Assembly: GCA_964016885.1 (NCBI GenBank)
Contig: OZ024740.1
Span: 232,128,001-232,192,000, forward strand
DNA from: Eledone cirrhosa
Taxonomy: Eukaryota
Direction: 5' to 3'
Length of the DNA stretch: 64,000 bases
A model generated the notes under the pieces. The model worked only from the letters and a program-made list of their open reading frames with translations. It had not been told where the DNA came from and searched no databases. Positions 25,747 to 40,524 of the stretch are shown here, piece by piece. A program made the position numbers and the translations under genes. Positions within the stretch are counted from its first letter, which is position 1, and every line of letters starts with the position of its first letter.

Positions 25747-26731
25747 TATATAATACTTGTTACTCATTCTATATCACTCCTATTTATCACTTCCCTTTCT
25801 TCCTTTTCCTTTTCTTTTCTTTTTCTTTTAATTTCTAACCCCTAATCTGTACCTTTTCTCACTGTGCCTAACATAGAAACAATTATTACACAATACAATA
25901 TATTCTTAATTTATATCACCTTCAAAAAATCCTTCGTAAACATAAACATTTTTTTGACGTTAGATTATTCATCCTCAATTCATTATTTTTTTCTCACTTT
26001 CATGTTTCATCCTATCTTCTACTTTTTTCACAATATATCCTTACTTACATTACCTTTGCTATTTTTAATAATACATATCAACATTTTCTTTCCATCCCAC
26101 ATATTATTAAACCCTTAAATATTATTCTTAATACATATTAACATTTTCTTTCCATCGCACATATTATTAAACCCTTCAATATACAAACCTTAACTTTACA
26201 TTATTTTTATCTTCGTTAATTTTCAAATTCTTTTAATTTATACATTATCTTCCAACGGTTTTCCAACCTCTCTATGTAAAACAATATATTTTTCTGTTAT
26301 AAAAGCTATCTCTCTCTCTCTATCACCCATCTCTCCTCCTATCTCATCCTTCCTCATTATACTCCCCCCCTCCACTTTTTACTCTCATCTCCTCCTCTGT
26401 TTCATCCTTTCCAACCTCCCCCCCCCTCAAAAAAATGTTTCCCCAATATCACACATCAATCTAAAACTACTTTTCATATGTTGATTTAAAACTGCACTAT
26501 CCACAAGTATTTTTTAACCTTCATATCACGTCTTCCTATTTTATATGATGAAAAGACAAATGTTATTGCATGATGATATTTGTTTTTGTAATGCGCCTAA
26601 TAAAATACATGGAACTCTTTTAACTATCTTTTGATCTTGTATATGATGTATACTCCAGTCCTACAAACTGTAGAGTGCTTCTTATCCGATATCTGCATTG
26701 CTTTATTGTACTACAATAAAACTCACCTCCT

Positions 26732-26825
<94 letters not shown>

Positions 26826-26830
26826 ATTCT

Positions 26831-27345
26831 ATGTTACTGGTTGGTTGTTTGTTCTATGTGTGTGTGTTTTCATGGAACAGCAACATCACAACTTACAATT
26901 AAGGACAGAATGAAAAGACACACACACATAGAACAAACAACCAACCAGTAACATGTAAATAAACAAATATAAACACACACAGACACCCGGATGTAACACA
27001 TGCGCAAACTAAGCACACAACACACACAAAAACAAGATGGCGTAGGACAGAACAAAGGAGAGGCACAAAAACAAAGAAAATAATCCCCAGTCACTGAAGA
27101 GGTCACATAATGTGTGACGAAAGAACTTTGACAATATATGGGCAATCGTCTGGTTGTGGAACCAACCATGCAACCGGAAATTTATAAATTTCTAAATTTC
27201 TAAATTTAATTTATAATAAATTGAAGTGAAACTCCTGGTGCGTGTGTTTCTTTTTGGCAACATGACCCTCCCAAAGTATAACAATATCGGTTTCAACACA
27301 CGTTTTCAGATAAAGAATCTTGCTAAACAAATTCAGAAACTAAAT
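26831..27345 (+). mobile_element. Family I element with short foldback and HHR at 27090-27132
   Basis: gtca CTGAAGA g gtcaca-taatg-tgtgac GAAA G-aa-C TT tgac; inverted repeat 26831-26873 / 26909-26954; relatives at 38018-38275 and 39810-40030. Confidence 0.7.
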
Positions 27346-27597
27346 ATATATATATAAATATAAGGAAAATTATAAAAAAAAGGTTTTGATGAGCGCACGT
27401 GGTATATATATAAAAATGATCTTAATAACATATTAAAAAATTGTAGGCATAAATTTATGCTAGCAAAGACTGCTTTCTCCGTTTTCGATTATCAAAACAT
27501 TTGTTATTTGGTTAAATTGTTCTTTCTTTAAAACTCATGCATGCTGATTCCAACGCAATATAAACATATCATATATGCTTACATACACGCACGCGCG

Positions 27598-27709
<112 letters not shown>

Positions 27710-27961
27710 ATAATAATAATACGCATAATAATACATATAATCACTAGGACAATGCATATTTGTATTAGGTATTTGGGAATGCGATCTCTAGGCAGTGCAA
27801 TGCATAATCTTTCTTAGCAAAATATTTTATGTCTCACTTCTCTTTCTGTCAGGGGTGCGACAGACTGATATTATCAGAAACGGAAATACCAATAAAAACA
27901 TTGCTTCCTTCGTCCGATCTGATGATCGGCAACTCCCTTTCCTTATGATTTTTATTGAATG

Positions 27962-28252
27962 AATTGTTTCTACTTTTGGCCAGCAATTACCCAGTGCATT
28001 ACTGGTACTCTATTTTATCGACCATGTAAGGATGAAAGTCAAAGTTAACCCCGGCGGGATTTGTATAGTAAAATAATTGTTTCTACTTTTGGCACAAGGC
28101 CAGCAATTAACTAGTAGATTACTGGTACTTTATTTTATCGACCCCGTAAGGATGAAAGGCAAAGTTAACCTCGGCGGGATTTGAACTCAGAATGGCAAGG
28201 GCCGTAACTCTATACGTCAAAGCATGGCGTCCGACCCTCTACCGATACTGCC
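27962..28252 (-). mobile_element. Two adjacent SINE copies (partial 27962-28063; near full 28075-28252)
   Basis: Family match. Confidence 0.9.
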
Positions 28253-28345
28253 GATGCCTATACTCTACTAATGTATTGAGTACTATTTCTAACTGATGTC
28301 TCCTCACGATATGATCCGGGAGTCCACCTATTATATATGTATGCA

Positions 28346-28395
<50 letters not shown>

Positions 28396-28436
28396 CATAT
28401 ATGCACACACATACACACACACACATACACACACAC

Positions 28437-28506
<70 letters not shown>

Positions 28507-28802
28507 ATATGGTTCGGAGGGTTTTCTTAAATGTAATGGATAACCGTATTAAATGAGTACTCAATAGAAAGTAGTAGACAATATATATTTATTTCCCATA
28601 ATTTACCCTGACAAAAAGGTTATCTCGTTTCGCTTGGTATATGTATGCATATATGTAATTATGCATGTATCAATCTATGTATGTAAGTGCGTATAAAACT
28701 ATGTATGTATATAAGTATGTATGTATGTTTGCATGTATGTATGTACGTATGTATGTATATGTGTATCTATGTCTGTGTGTATATATATATGTGTGTGTGT
28801 GT

Positions 28803-28876
<74 letters not shown>

Positions 28877-29319
28877 ATATACACACAGACATGTACATAT
28901 ACACACACACTAATGTATATTCTCTTTCCAAACTCATTTCTTTTAACTCTACGAAAAGAAGAGAAAAACATTTGAATTGATAAAGAAAACAAAAGAAAAA
29001 CAAGAAAATATATTAGCAAAAATGAGTGGAAAACATATCACCAAAATCCCTCGTCTTTATCTTGTAACCAGTTTCTTGTCATATTTATAACTGCTTCGGT
29101 ACAGAAAGTAGTAAGGTTGGTAGGGTATATCACAGACCAACAGTAAATGTCAACTTCATTACTTCATTTCTTGCACCCATCAAAATTGATCTGGGGTGAG
29201 GGTGGATTGGGAGGAGATGGAGCTGGTTTAGGGTCAGAGGCCAGCTTTGGTAAATCTTACACAAGGGGAGCTTTGAACTCGCTTGTCACCGACGATACTT
29301 GTCACCATCAGAGCCACAT

Positions 29320-29670
29320 CCATCACTGCCGCCGCCAACTCCACCGCCACCACCACCACCACCACCACCAGAATCTACACCATCCACACCATTGCGACCA
29401 CCTCCACCAACTAACCCACCACCAAGCTTGCCATCACAACCAGAAAACCATCATCATCACCACCAGTAATGTATCACCATTGCCATTATCATCATTACAA
29501 CGCAATACTGCTGCTATCAATAATAACTCAATCACCACTAACCCCGTCCAACCACTGTTAACACACCACCGCATGGTTAACATCATACCCATCAGTATCT
29601 CCATATACATCATCAGAACTATCACAAACCCTAGTACCATCGTATTCACCAGCATTTCCAAACCACATCC
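29320..29670. repeat. Degenerate (CAC/CAT)n low-complexity tract
   Basis: Explains the His/Thr-rich ORF 29147-29680. Confidence 0.8.
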
Positions 29671-29734
29671 AACCGTCTAAAAAGGGTTAAACTGTTAATA
29701 TAGGCCTTAGTAGACTGTTCCACCAAAGTCAATG

Positions 29735-30028
29735 TAAAGTGGTCGTGTAGGTGTCACGACTAAAAGCACCCAGCACACAATGTAAAGTTGTTATGTAGCT
29801 GTCACGACTAAATGCACCCAGCATACACTATAAAGTGGTCTTGTAGGTGATACGACAAAAAGCACCCAGCACACACTGTAAATGTGGTTAGCGTTAGAAA
29901 GGGCATACATCCGTTGAAATATAGCCAGAAACAGTCCTATATGAGCAAGTCACGGTCACCCAACCCAAACTGCCTCTAATGGGACAAACCCGCCTAACCC
30001 ATGCTAGCGTGTAAAATACATGTTAAAT
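29735..30028 (+). mobile_element. Old retroelement 3' part with three ~47-bp tandem units
   Basis: gtcacgactaaaagcacccagcacac..gtaaagtgg x3, then ggttagcgttagaaagggcat..aacccatgctagc, resembling an octopus SINE/RTE-type tail recalled from memory. Confidence 0.6.
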
Positions 30029-30464
30029 ATATTTATATATTAAAATACACACACACACACACATATATATATATACATAAAACAACAGAAAACAAACACA
30101 ACATAAAGAAATCCAATAATATTTAAAAAAAAACAATTAACGAACGCATTACTGACAGATACAACAACAAAGAAAGCAATAAACAACTGCACCAGCTATA
30201 ACAACAACATCAACAAGAACAAGAACAAAAAAAGTAACAAAGACATTGGCCACGCCCATCACAGACGCCCGTTGATATCGTTTGATATCTCGAGTTAGAT
30301 AAAGGGCAGAGAAAGGGCGGAGAAGGCTGATTATTTACATATAATATATTTGCCAATATATCCATGTCACCATGAAAAAAGAAGACTTGTTAGGGACGAC
30401 AATGATGATGATATTATTGGTGTCCTTGTTGCTACCAGTTTGACTTAACAACATAGCATAACAC

Positions 30465-30506
<42 letters not shown>

Positions 30507-30949
30507 AGGTGTGTGTGTGTACAGAGAGAGAATGAGAGAGAAAGAGGTTGTATATTGTATATGTGTATGTTTGTATATATATATATACATATATACAAGC
30601 ATACATACACGCATTTATATGTATACTTCCATACATACATACATGTACACATGTCTATGTATATAATATTTTATTAACCTTGAGAGTATGTAAAAATATA
30701 TAAACAAACTTATAGGGCTGGATATTTGTTGTCGTATATATAAATTATTTCAGGACCTTCGGGATATATCATGTATTTTGTTTTTTCTTTTTCAATGTTA
30801 GACCGAAAGTATATATTTTAATTATGAGGTACATGAATTTTTCAAACGGGGCGCCACTGTCTCTGTTGAACTTTGTGACTTAAAGGGAAAGAAATGAACA
30901 AGCGTCGTCTGAACTGTCGCGCTAGCAGGTAACAGAAACTGATGTTTTT

Positions 30950-31640
30950 ACTGGGTATATTGTAAAGGAATTGTAACTGCTCATGCCTCCTTGTTTATCG
31001 TTTTCAATAGTCTTTCGTTAAGTCGATTAACAGTTCTCACTTTAAATGCTGTCTTCTTAGCCTCAGCAAGTCGCTAAAAACCATTAGGGGAGATGACGAG
31101 AAATGAATAAATATCGACTTTTTCTTTTGTAATTCTTTATTTTCACTAACGCATTCATGAGAAAACAAGGGGCATCACCTTGTCATAGGGGTATATACAT
31201 TTTTAATATCGGTACCATTTCAGCTGTTGAAACCTGGTGTCGATTGTTTCCCACGGATATCAATCAGAGCTGAGCTGGTGTGCTCTAACTAGTTGGGATC
31301 AGTTTTTTTCAAGAAAATCTCTTCGAAAATATGAGAAATGTGGAGCAAGGCTTTGAATAGAACGGTAATAGGTGAGCCAGGTAAGGTACGGTATCTCCGC
31401 ATTCTCATTGCTGAGGGTCAGGGTCCGTTGGCAATTTCACCAATATTTTATAAGATGCAATGTGTTCATGATTTTCAATGAGGAAATCATGACGTCGGTG
31501 AGTCCCGAATCCTTGTCCGAGATTTCTCAGTAGCTAGCTACCGAGCTGCAGCTCATCCGATTTCAACATAACGATGAATCCGTTGGCCACTTCAAAGGTT
31601 ACTACCAACGTGACTAGATAATCATATGTTTCCAAGTTTT
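30950..31640 (-). mobile_element. Possible very old Ty3/Gypsy RT remnant
   Basis: Collinear minus-strand scraps FLKKTD, (G)FQQL, YDKVMP..LMNA recall VKKxDG, DLxxGFxQ and YxxMPFGLxNA; heavily frameshifted. Confidence 0.3.
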
Positions 31641-34600
31641 GAAATAAGTGAGATCCTTATCCTAGACAGACGTCCATCTATAACAGACGTCCGTCCTAGA
31701 CAGACGTCCATCCAAACATCCATCTGACAAGCTCTGTTTACCCATTTTTTGAGGGGCAATTTTTGGAGAGCCGTTGACTCCCCTGATTTCCTCTGTTCTT
31801 TGACGGATTTTGTTTTTTTATCAAGTTGGATGTCTAGCAATGACCCTCCTCACTAAACAAGGTTTATGGGGTTGCCTGTTAATCAGTGACAATTCGACCA
31901 TGTGTCATGGTGTACTGGGTTATATTTTACGAGGAGCGCTCGTGAACGACCTGGTATAGATGACCAAGTGCCGTAACTACATAGCAATTATTTATCTAAG
32001 TAACATTTCTCCCATCTAAAAAAGAGAACCTCGTTGGTTTAACTAGTTATTGCTTATCCATCTATATCTTCTTTGTATATTTGTTACATTCATTAACTTC
32101 ATTTACAGCCTTTTTACAAACTTCTCATGTCCTTGAAAACTGGCCCTGCTCAACAAGTAAAAGATAACCTGTCACTACAGTATATTAGACGATAGGTCCA
32201 GACATATTCCATCGCTAGAATCCTCAGACCTGTTCTTCTACTTTGCTGTTTACCGTAATCAGTTTCTTATTATGTTAACTGTGATAAGCATACACACTTT
32301 ACTGAAGGAAAAGCACTTTCCCAGATGAAGCATCAGTACTCACCTCTCCTCACGGCACATGGATATATTTTAATAATTTATTAACTATATTTTTATGTAG
32401 ATTATATATTTAGAATCCTCCCGGGAGTAGTTTGTGGTTAGTTTGAGGTTAGTTTTGAAGGCGAGACAAATCGCGAAACACAAGAGAATGAAAAGGAGAA
32501 TTATGTGTATCATGCGGCAGCATTCATCTAGGTTGTTAACGAGCAGAAGGATGGACCATAGTGTGAATGCAGTCCAATGGAGGACTCAGGGAAGTATTGT
32601 TTGATACAGACCATAAAGTTTGTGGGTGTACCACTCCAGATGTTCCTGAGGTATACATAACAGTCTTAAATAGGTCTTTCATAAATGATCAAGTATTTTC
32701 CTTTGCTGGATATAAATATGAATAATTTGTAGTGTATTTCAATAATGCCAAACCCAAATAACTTACATACTGGGGTATGCTTGGTTTTGATGGTTTTCCT
32801 CTCTCATGTTTTGATACAAAATAAAATTATCTTTGAATGGATGGCTATTTGACCCTAACTGTAGTAACATTGACATGTAATCTTTGGAATGTTTTAGATA
32901 TGTGACCAATAAATGAGAATTTAAACAGTCAATCAAACTGCCAGATAGAGCTGTCAAATCACACACAAAGCTACATTTGCGTCTTTAAACAAAGACAGAT
33001 TTGAAAGTGGTCACGGTGAAATGCCTCTAATAATAGGCCTAGTTAATCAAAATAATTTTGTGACAAAAAACAACTGAAATTGTGAAGTATTTATTTGTGT
33101 CATATTTGTGAAGTGTTTATTTGTGTCGGCATTTGATCAGGAATTAAGTATTTTCTCACCTTGAATTACAAACTGCAAATATTTGAAACTAACCGAAACA
33201 CGAATCTCATATCATGGGGAAATGGGGAATTAATTATGGCAAATCAATATATAATGGCAGTAACAAATCGATGAATGTTCTGGTTTCCCACTATTTTCGT
33301 TGGCTAACAGCTATTGAGAGAGTTACGGAAAGCAGAAGTATTATCTTCCTACATCTCTAGATATTAATATTTCTTAGATAATAATTACAACAACTCGACT
33401 TATATTTCTATGACACTAATGAAAATATTCTCCATAAAATCCAGTACAACTGAAACACCCTGTTAACCAACGTCAACATACAATATATTACAACCGCTTT
33501 CAAGAATCCAAAATCCGTAAATTTACCTTCCTCTCTATCTAATCTGAAATAATTTTTATCAAATACTTGCATGAAATAATTCTACCTATCGCCATTAACT
33601 TCCACTTTTTTGTACAGTTCTCTTCTATTATAATGTTATTAATGTAATTTTGATTAAGATGTACCGAGATACAACCTTGGCGAAACAGACTTGTTTCCAA
33701 ATATTATGACAGTTAACATTGGAGTTGAAAAGCAATTACATTAAATTAGATATTAAGATAAATACAATAGTGTGTTTTAGATTTATTAACGGGATTATAA
33801 ATTTGCAAAAGAATCTGAACAACCAATTATAATCCAATTGAAAATGCTGATAAAACATTGAAATATTAGATACGTAAAACTCAAGAAAGGGCATAGTTGA
33901 TTGAATTGAACTCAAGACATAACTGGTCGAGGGTTAACTCAATTCTGGGAAACGGAGGATGCCGGGCATGTTAGGCATTTGAATTAGCAACTTAAATATA
34001 TATACTTTAATGACAGTAATTTCCTGATTGTGCATTTAGCCGCTTCAGTCATATTTCTACCACCTTCACGGAAAAAATCATTCTTGTGTAAATGTGTAAC
34101 TAAACGTAACAATGGATGCTAGGAATTTAAGCATATTCTTCATGTGTTATTGTTTGAGTATCCGTATGATTTGTAAATTTTGTCTAAATTCTTCAGCAGA
34201 CTAACTCACACACACATATATAGACAAACGCATAAACGCACACATACGCACACACACGCACACGCGCGCGCACACACACACACATACATAGGGATAAGTT
34301 GTTGCTATTACATATTAGTAAGACCTGTATTCAAATTAATACTCCATACATAAATTAGGATTTAGATATTTTCATAGGAACTACTCTCCAATGGATTGGC
34401 TTATAACAATCTGGTTGATATACATATCTGAGATATGCGTGGTTCGATTCTGCACAGGCTTTTCTGTCCCACAATTATTTATAAAGATCGATTATTATTA
34501 TCGTCATTTCCACTGGGAAGGTTAAGTTTCAAATTTCATAGTCAGCCTATGAACTATTCAGTCGATCCTCGTATGTATATTTATTTCTGTGTCTGTATGT

Positions 34601-34759
34601 GTATTGCGTCTGTGTACGCATGTGTATGCATATACATATATAAACAGAAATATTGAATATTATTTTTTCACATATAAAAATTACATGCACCATCACGCAC
34701 ACAGACCTACAAATACATACACACGCACACTCACTCTCTCTCACACACATATATAGACA

Positions 34760-35370
34760 TATGGTGGCTGCCAACTCGTTTTCGAGTACGGCCACTACTT
34801 TATATCCATGTAGGAGAACCCCTACGGATGCGCTGAACGAGTGTGACGTTTTAGTCCAGCCAGCGATTTGAAAACTCTGGTACAAACACTACACTTTTGA
34901 CAATTATTGACACATAGTGCTGGACCCATGGTACCATCTGACGACAAGTGCAGCGAGATCTCCAGATATAAAGTGCTGCCTGTGCCGTGAAGCTTTTATA
35001 GTGAGCAAAGGCACTGCACAAAGCCAGTCCCACTCTCTTAACCAAGATGATATGTACCAAAAAGAAGAACAAGTCAACATCATTGGATACCATCAGGGTT
35101 GCAGGTGTTATATCAGAGTTTTCCTTCTACTAGAATTCTGCCTTGACAAAGGCTAAGGGGTCATCTCTCCCGGTGATTTTGGATGGCCATTGACTCTTAA
35201 GAGCTCCTTTGCCCTTTGACAGGTTTTGTTTTTAGTCCTGCAGGATGTCCAAAGTCACCCTCCTCACCAAGAAACCTTGGTGGGGTTGCCAGTTTAGTCG
35301 CCAACGATCCGACCATGAGACAGGTTGTACTAGGATACATGTTACCAGTAGCACCAACTGGTGACCTGAC
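34760..35370 (-). mobile_element. RTE-type LINE 5' region
   Basis: Homologous to 49945-50205 (taagagtcaa.ggccatccaaaa, cttagcctttgtca.ggca, agaagg.aactc); candidate HDV-like fold at 35289-35346. Confidence 0.55.
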
Positions 35371-35379
35371 ATATACATC

Positions 35380-35726
<347 letters not shown>

Positions 35727-35737
35727 ATATGTATATA

Positions 35738-35799
<62 letters not shown>

Positions 35800-35920
35800 T
35801 AACATATTAAAGTTTAAGCAAAGAATCGCTGCTTTCACCCTTAACGGGATCTTCTGAAACTCTCTATATTTTCCCTATCAAACCCTCTTTAGATTTTAGT
35901 CTTCACATTTATTATTATTA

Positions 35921-35969
<49 letters not shown>

Positions 35970-36678
35970 TACGTAACACACACATATATTGAATATAACA
36001 CAAATAAATATCATTAAAAGAAAAAAAGGAAATATAATATAAAAATACACCAATAGAAATAAAAGGACGTTTAGAAAACAATACAATGAAGCAGTATAAC
36101 AGAACGACGCAGAACAGAACAAGAGCCAAAACAACATGGGAAATTATAAACCAACAACACAAACAAAACAACAGCAACCACAATAGTAACAAAAACATAT
36201 CCTCTCAATCCCTAATAGAAATATAAACTATTATCAGTATGAAGCAATAAATCAGCATTACCGCCTCCCAGCATTGACCCTCGCTTTGTCATAAATTGCC
36301 GCCAGAAAGCAGCATGTTGCAGCCCACTTGCAGAAGAATTACCAGTGCAATGTTATAGGTTATCAAAACGAGGAGGGAGCTGTTAGATGATTGCAGGAGA
36401 GTGTTTATGTTAACGTCTCTCTTCACCCACTATCTCTATGTGCGTGTATGTGTGTTTGTGACATATTTTCGTAGTGGAAGGAGTTTACAAACAAGCAGGT
36501 ATGAAGTGGCAGTTGAATGGACGTAAGATATATGGCCGAACAGGTTGAATTATGTAATGTGTTTAAAACTGGAAATCTGATCTTATGGTGGCATATATCT
36601 AAAATCAAAACGACATTGTTCAACTTAAAAACACTAGCTAACACTGTCGTCTTCCATTTCCCCATCTTTCACTCCCTC

Positions 36679-36723
<45 letters not shown>

Positions 36724-36769
36724 ATAAATATATCTATATAAATTCATATATGTGTCTATATAGATACAG

Positions 36770-36903
<134 letters not shown>

Positions 36904-36905
36904 GC

Positions 36906-36978
<73 letters not shown>

Positions 36979-37017
36979 TGTATCTATATATATTCATATA
37001 TGTATCTATATAGATAC

Positions 37018-37222
37018 AGACATCCAGAGTTGACATTGCACTCAGTGCTCCTTTGGGAGCCCCTACATGGACACACTAGAAGAGGAAGACCAAGGTTAAC
37101 ATATGTTGATGCCCTAAGGACAGACACTGGTCTGTTGGAGATGTAGGATATGGCAGCGATAATGAGGGACAGAGACCGCTGGAGAGAACTCGTCCATGGA
37201 TCTCGGGAATTTTACCCGCCTT

Positions 37223-37224
<2 letters not shown>
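37018..37224 (+). mobile_element. RTE-clade LINE 3' end
   Basis: [49 protein letters not shown]; ends in (TA)n. Confidence 0.85.
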
Positions 37225-37291
<67 letters not shown>

Positions 37292-37616
37292 GACCGTTTC
37301 TCCTGTAAAAATATTTTTAGCAATTACAAAAGAGTAGAATTGTTTGCTCATTTTATATGTGACATTTTATTGTGAATTGTTGATAAATATCTATTTAGGT
37401 ATAGAAATGTATTTAAATGTTATTCGTGAAAGTTACAGTAAAATGAAATCCAAAATAAAACATTTTAGATGAAACTAATCTATTCTGTCTCTTTACAATA
37501 TATATTCTTTATTTTACGTTTCTATAAATTTCAAAACATGAATATTTCTTCAACGATCATTTTCAAACGTATTACATTTTTTTAAACAAATAAAGCCTAG
37601 ATGGGCATTGGAAAAT

Positions 37617-37803
37617 AATTGTTTCTACTTTGGCAAAAGGCCAGCAATTATCCCAGTGTATTACTGGTACTTTTATTTTATCGATCCCGTAAGGATGAAA
37701 GCAAAGTTAACCTCGGCGGGATTTGAACTCAGACCATAAAGGGACATAACTTTTTTTTGCTGGAAAGCATGGCGTCCGACCCTCTACCGATACTGCCAAT
37801 CCA
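37617..37803 (-). mobile_element. tRNA-derived SINE
   Basis: TSD ttggaaaataat at 37608-37619 and 37809-37820. Confidence 0.93.
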
Positions 37804-37876
37804 TGACCTTGGAAAATAATGCAAACTCTGAAGCAGTCTAATGGTTTTCTCTCTCTCTAAGTCTCCCTCTCCCCCT

Positions 37877-38015
<139 letters not shown>

Positions 38016-38804
38016 TTCGGTTTTTGATTTGTTTTGCAAGATTTCTTATCTGAAAACGTGTGTTGAGACAGATTGTTATAATTTGGAAGGGTCAATGCTA
38101 CCAATAAAAACACATGCACCTGTTGGTTTTCACTTCCGGTTGGTTAGTTCAATAACCGGATGGTTATTTACATATTGTCAACGTTCTGGGGCAGGACAGA
38201 ACAAAGGAGGGACACAAAATAAGAAAGCAGGCACTGGGGAGGTCACAAAATGTGTGACAAACGATATTGTATATTATATTTGTCCCAGTACATTTTTAAT
38301 CTGTTTCAAATATGTTTTTTTTCTTCTGAAGCTACGATACTTAAAAATTACTGTCTTCGGGGATAAATATAACAGTTTAACAAAAACAAAAGCGTTTCAA
38401 TTTATAAACACTGAAGAAGGGATTTTTTCTTCAATTTATACTAGCTACCTTCTGAAAAGAACAGAAATACAGTTGAATTATTTAAAACCTCATCAAAAGA
38501 CTCCGTTAGTTAGGACCGATTTTTTCCAAATTTACCGTTTAAGGTAGCCTACACTCATATATGTATCTAAGGTCATGTTTAAATATATGTGTGTTGCTAT
38601 ATGACTTTGTTCTAACTCCCTTACGGTTGAGTAAATTTAGGGGTTAACTAACTGCTTCTTCTAGCCACGAAGAAGGGTAGACTGGCCACCAGTCTACCCT
38701 TCACAACACTTCTATCTTGACCGCTAGCCACATGATAAGTTTCAACCCTTTCGAATATGTTACTAACAGCGATCACTTTCGAAAAAGTCGGTCCTAACTG
38801 AGGG

Positions 38805-38892
38805 AGTATCTTGATAAGCTTAAAGCATTATAGATAATGCAACACTTAGACATTTCCACTAAGTGCAAGCGAAACTGTCGACAGTCGGGACT
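38805..38892 (+). ncRNA. Type I hammerhead, U3-A8 variant with branched stem II
   Basis: agtatc TTGATAA gctt[gcatta/taatgc; cacttag/ctaagtg]aagc GAAA CTG-tcga-CAG TC gggact. Confidence 0.75.
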
Positions 38893-39083
38893 AGAGGATT
38901 ATTGGTAACATTTATCTATTATTTCTTCAAGCATACATTTTAAACTTAGCTCCGTTTAATTGATTATTTATTTAGTTAATTTTTACGGACCAAGAAAAAA
39001 GATTGGGTAAATTTTATCTGACTATTTTTCAAACTTATTATTTTTATATCGTTCTGATTAATAATTAATTATTTAATTCATTC

Positions 39084-39281
39084 ATTTATTGAGATTGAGT
39101 CGCACCATTGAAGGTCGCCTACACTTGTACATGTATCTATGCTGATGTTTAAATGTATGTGTGTTCCTTATGACATTATATATATATAATGTCATAAGGA
39201 ATATACATACATTTAAACATAAGCATAGATACATGTACGAGTGTAGGCGACCCTCAATGGTGCGACTCAATCTCAATAAAT
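39084..39281. repeat. ~95-bp-arm palindrome centred on a short (TA)n
   Basis: atttattgagattgagtcgcacc..atgacattata / tataatgtcat..ggtgcgactcaatctcaataaat with a few mismatches. Confidence 0.9.
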
Positions 39282-39361
39282 ATATATATATATATATATA
39301 TATTTATATGAACTCATAATCCTTTATTTACTGCTATATATATTTCGATGATAGCCATAGC

Positions 39362-39454
<93 letters not shown>

Positions 39455-39467
39455 ATGTATATATATG

Positions 39468-39522
<55 letters not shown>

Positions 39523-39593
39523 AAATATATATATATATATATATATATGTATAAATATATATATATATATATATGTATAAATATATATATATG

Positions 39594-39627
<34 letters not shown>

Positions 39628-39630
<3 letters not shown>

Positions 39631-39788
39631 AGGGCGGGTAAAATTCCCAAGAATTCCATGGACGAGTTCTCTCCAGCGGTCTCTGTCCCTCATTATCGCT
39701 GCCATGTCCTGCGTCTCGAACAGACCAGTGTCTGTCCTTAGGGCATCAACATACGTTAACGTTAGTCTTCCTCTTCCAGTGTGTCCAT
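39628..39788 (-). mobile_element. RTE-clade LINE 3' end, second copy
   Basis: Close reverse-complement match to 37066-37224. Confidence 0.85.
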
Positions 39789-39987
39789 AGTTATATATAT
39801 ATAGAGTTATATTTGGGGATGGTCATATTGTTATAATATTCCCAGAAATAATAAAAAAAAAACACACCCACTGTTTGGTTTCGATTTGCTTTCGTTTTTT
39901 TTTTATATCTCCCTAGTTAATTTAGCTGGCAATAAATGTTTATCATTGATTGACCAATGGTTAAACATACATATATAAATATATAGT

Positions 39988-40027
39988 GTATCAAAGTTCT
40001 TTCGATGTGTGACATCATCAGTGGTAC
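39988..40027 (-). ncRNA. Family I hammerhead with deleted stem II
   Basis: gtacca CTGATGA tgtcacacatc GAAA G-aa-C TT tgatac. Confidence 0.5.
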
Positions 40028-40211
40028 TATTATGTTTCCTCCCATTGTATTGTAATGTCTATGCCATTTTTATTTAATCAATTTATTTATTTATATTTAC
40101 CTTAGGTCAGTATTGTGTGTTTGGGCAGGGCTGTCGCTTTTTCTGTTCAACTTTGGTTTTCTTAGTTCCATTTCAGTTGCTTCTCTGATTCGTCTACCTG
40201 TTGAGTCATTC

Positions 40212-40299
<88 letters not shown>

Positions 40300-40443
40300 T
40301 AAAATAAAAGATTAAAGTTTAAGCAAAGAATCGTTGCTTTCACCCTTAACGGGATCTTCTGAAACTAACAAAGTCAATCTGTAAACGCAGAAGTGGATAT
40401 TATATATATATATATTACTATATATATATTACTATATATATAT

Positions 40444-40521
<78 letters not shown>

Positions 40522-40524
<3 letters not shown>

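Noticed and set aside
29147-29680. 177-aa Gly/His/Thr-rich ORF
   Set aside because: Mostly a degenerate (CAC/CAT)n tract; no recognisable domain or splice context
29735-29890. CRISPR-like periodic repeat
   Set aside because: Whole ~47-bp units repeat with no unique spacers; eukaryotic context, no cas genes
30845-30860. TGGCGCCC primer-binding-site-like motif on the minus strand
   Set aside because: Only 8 nt, no adjacent LTR, and on the wrong side of the putative pol remnant
32625-32660. MYTSGTSG resembling the AMP-binding signature
   Set aside because: Lacks the following PK and any surrounding homology; frame is short
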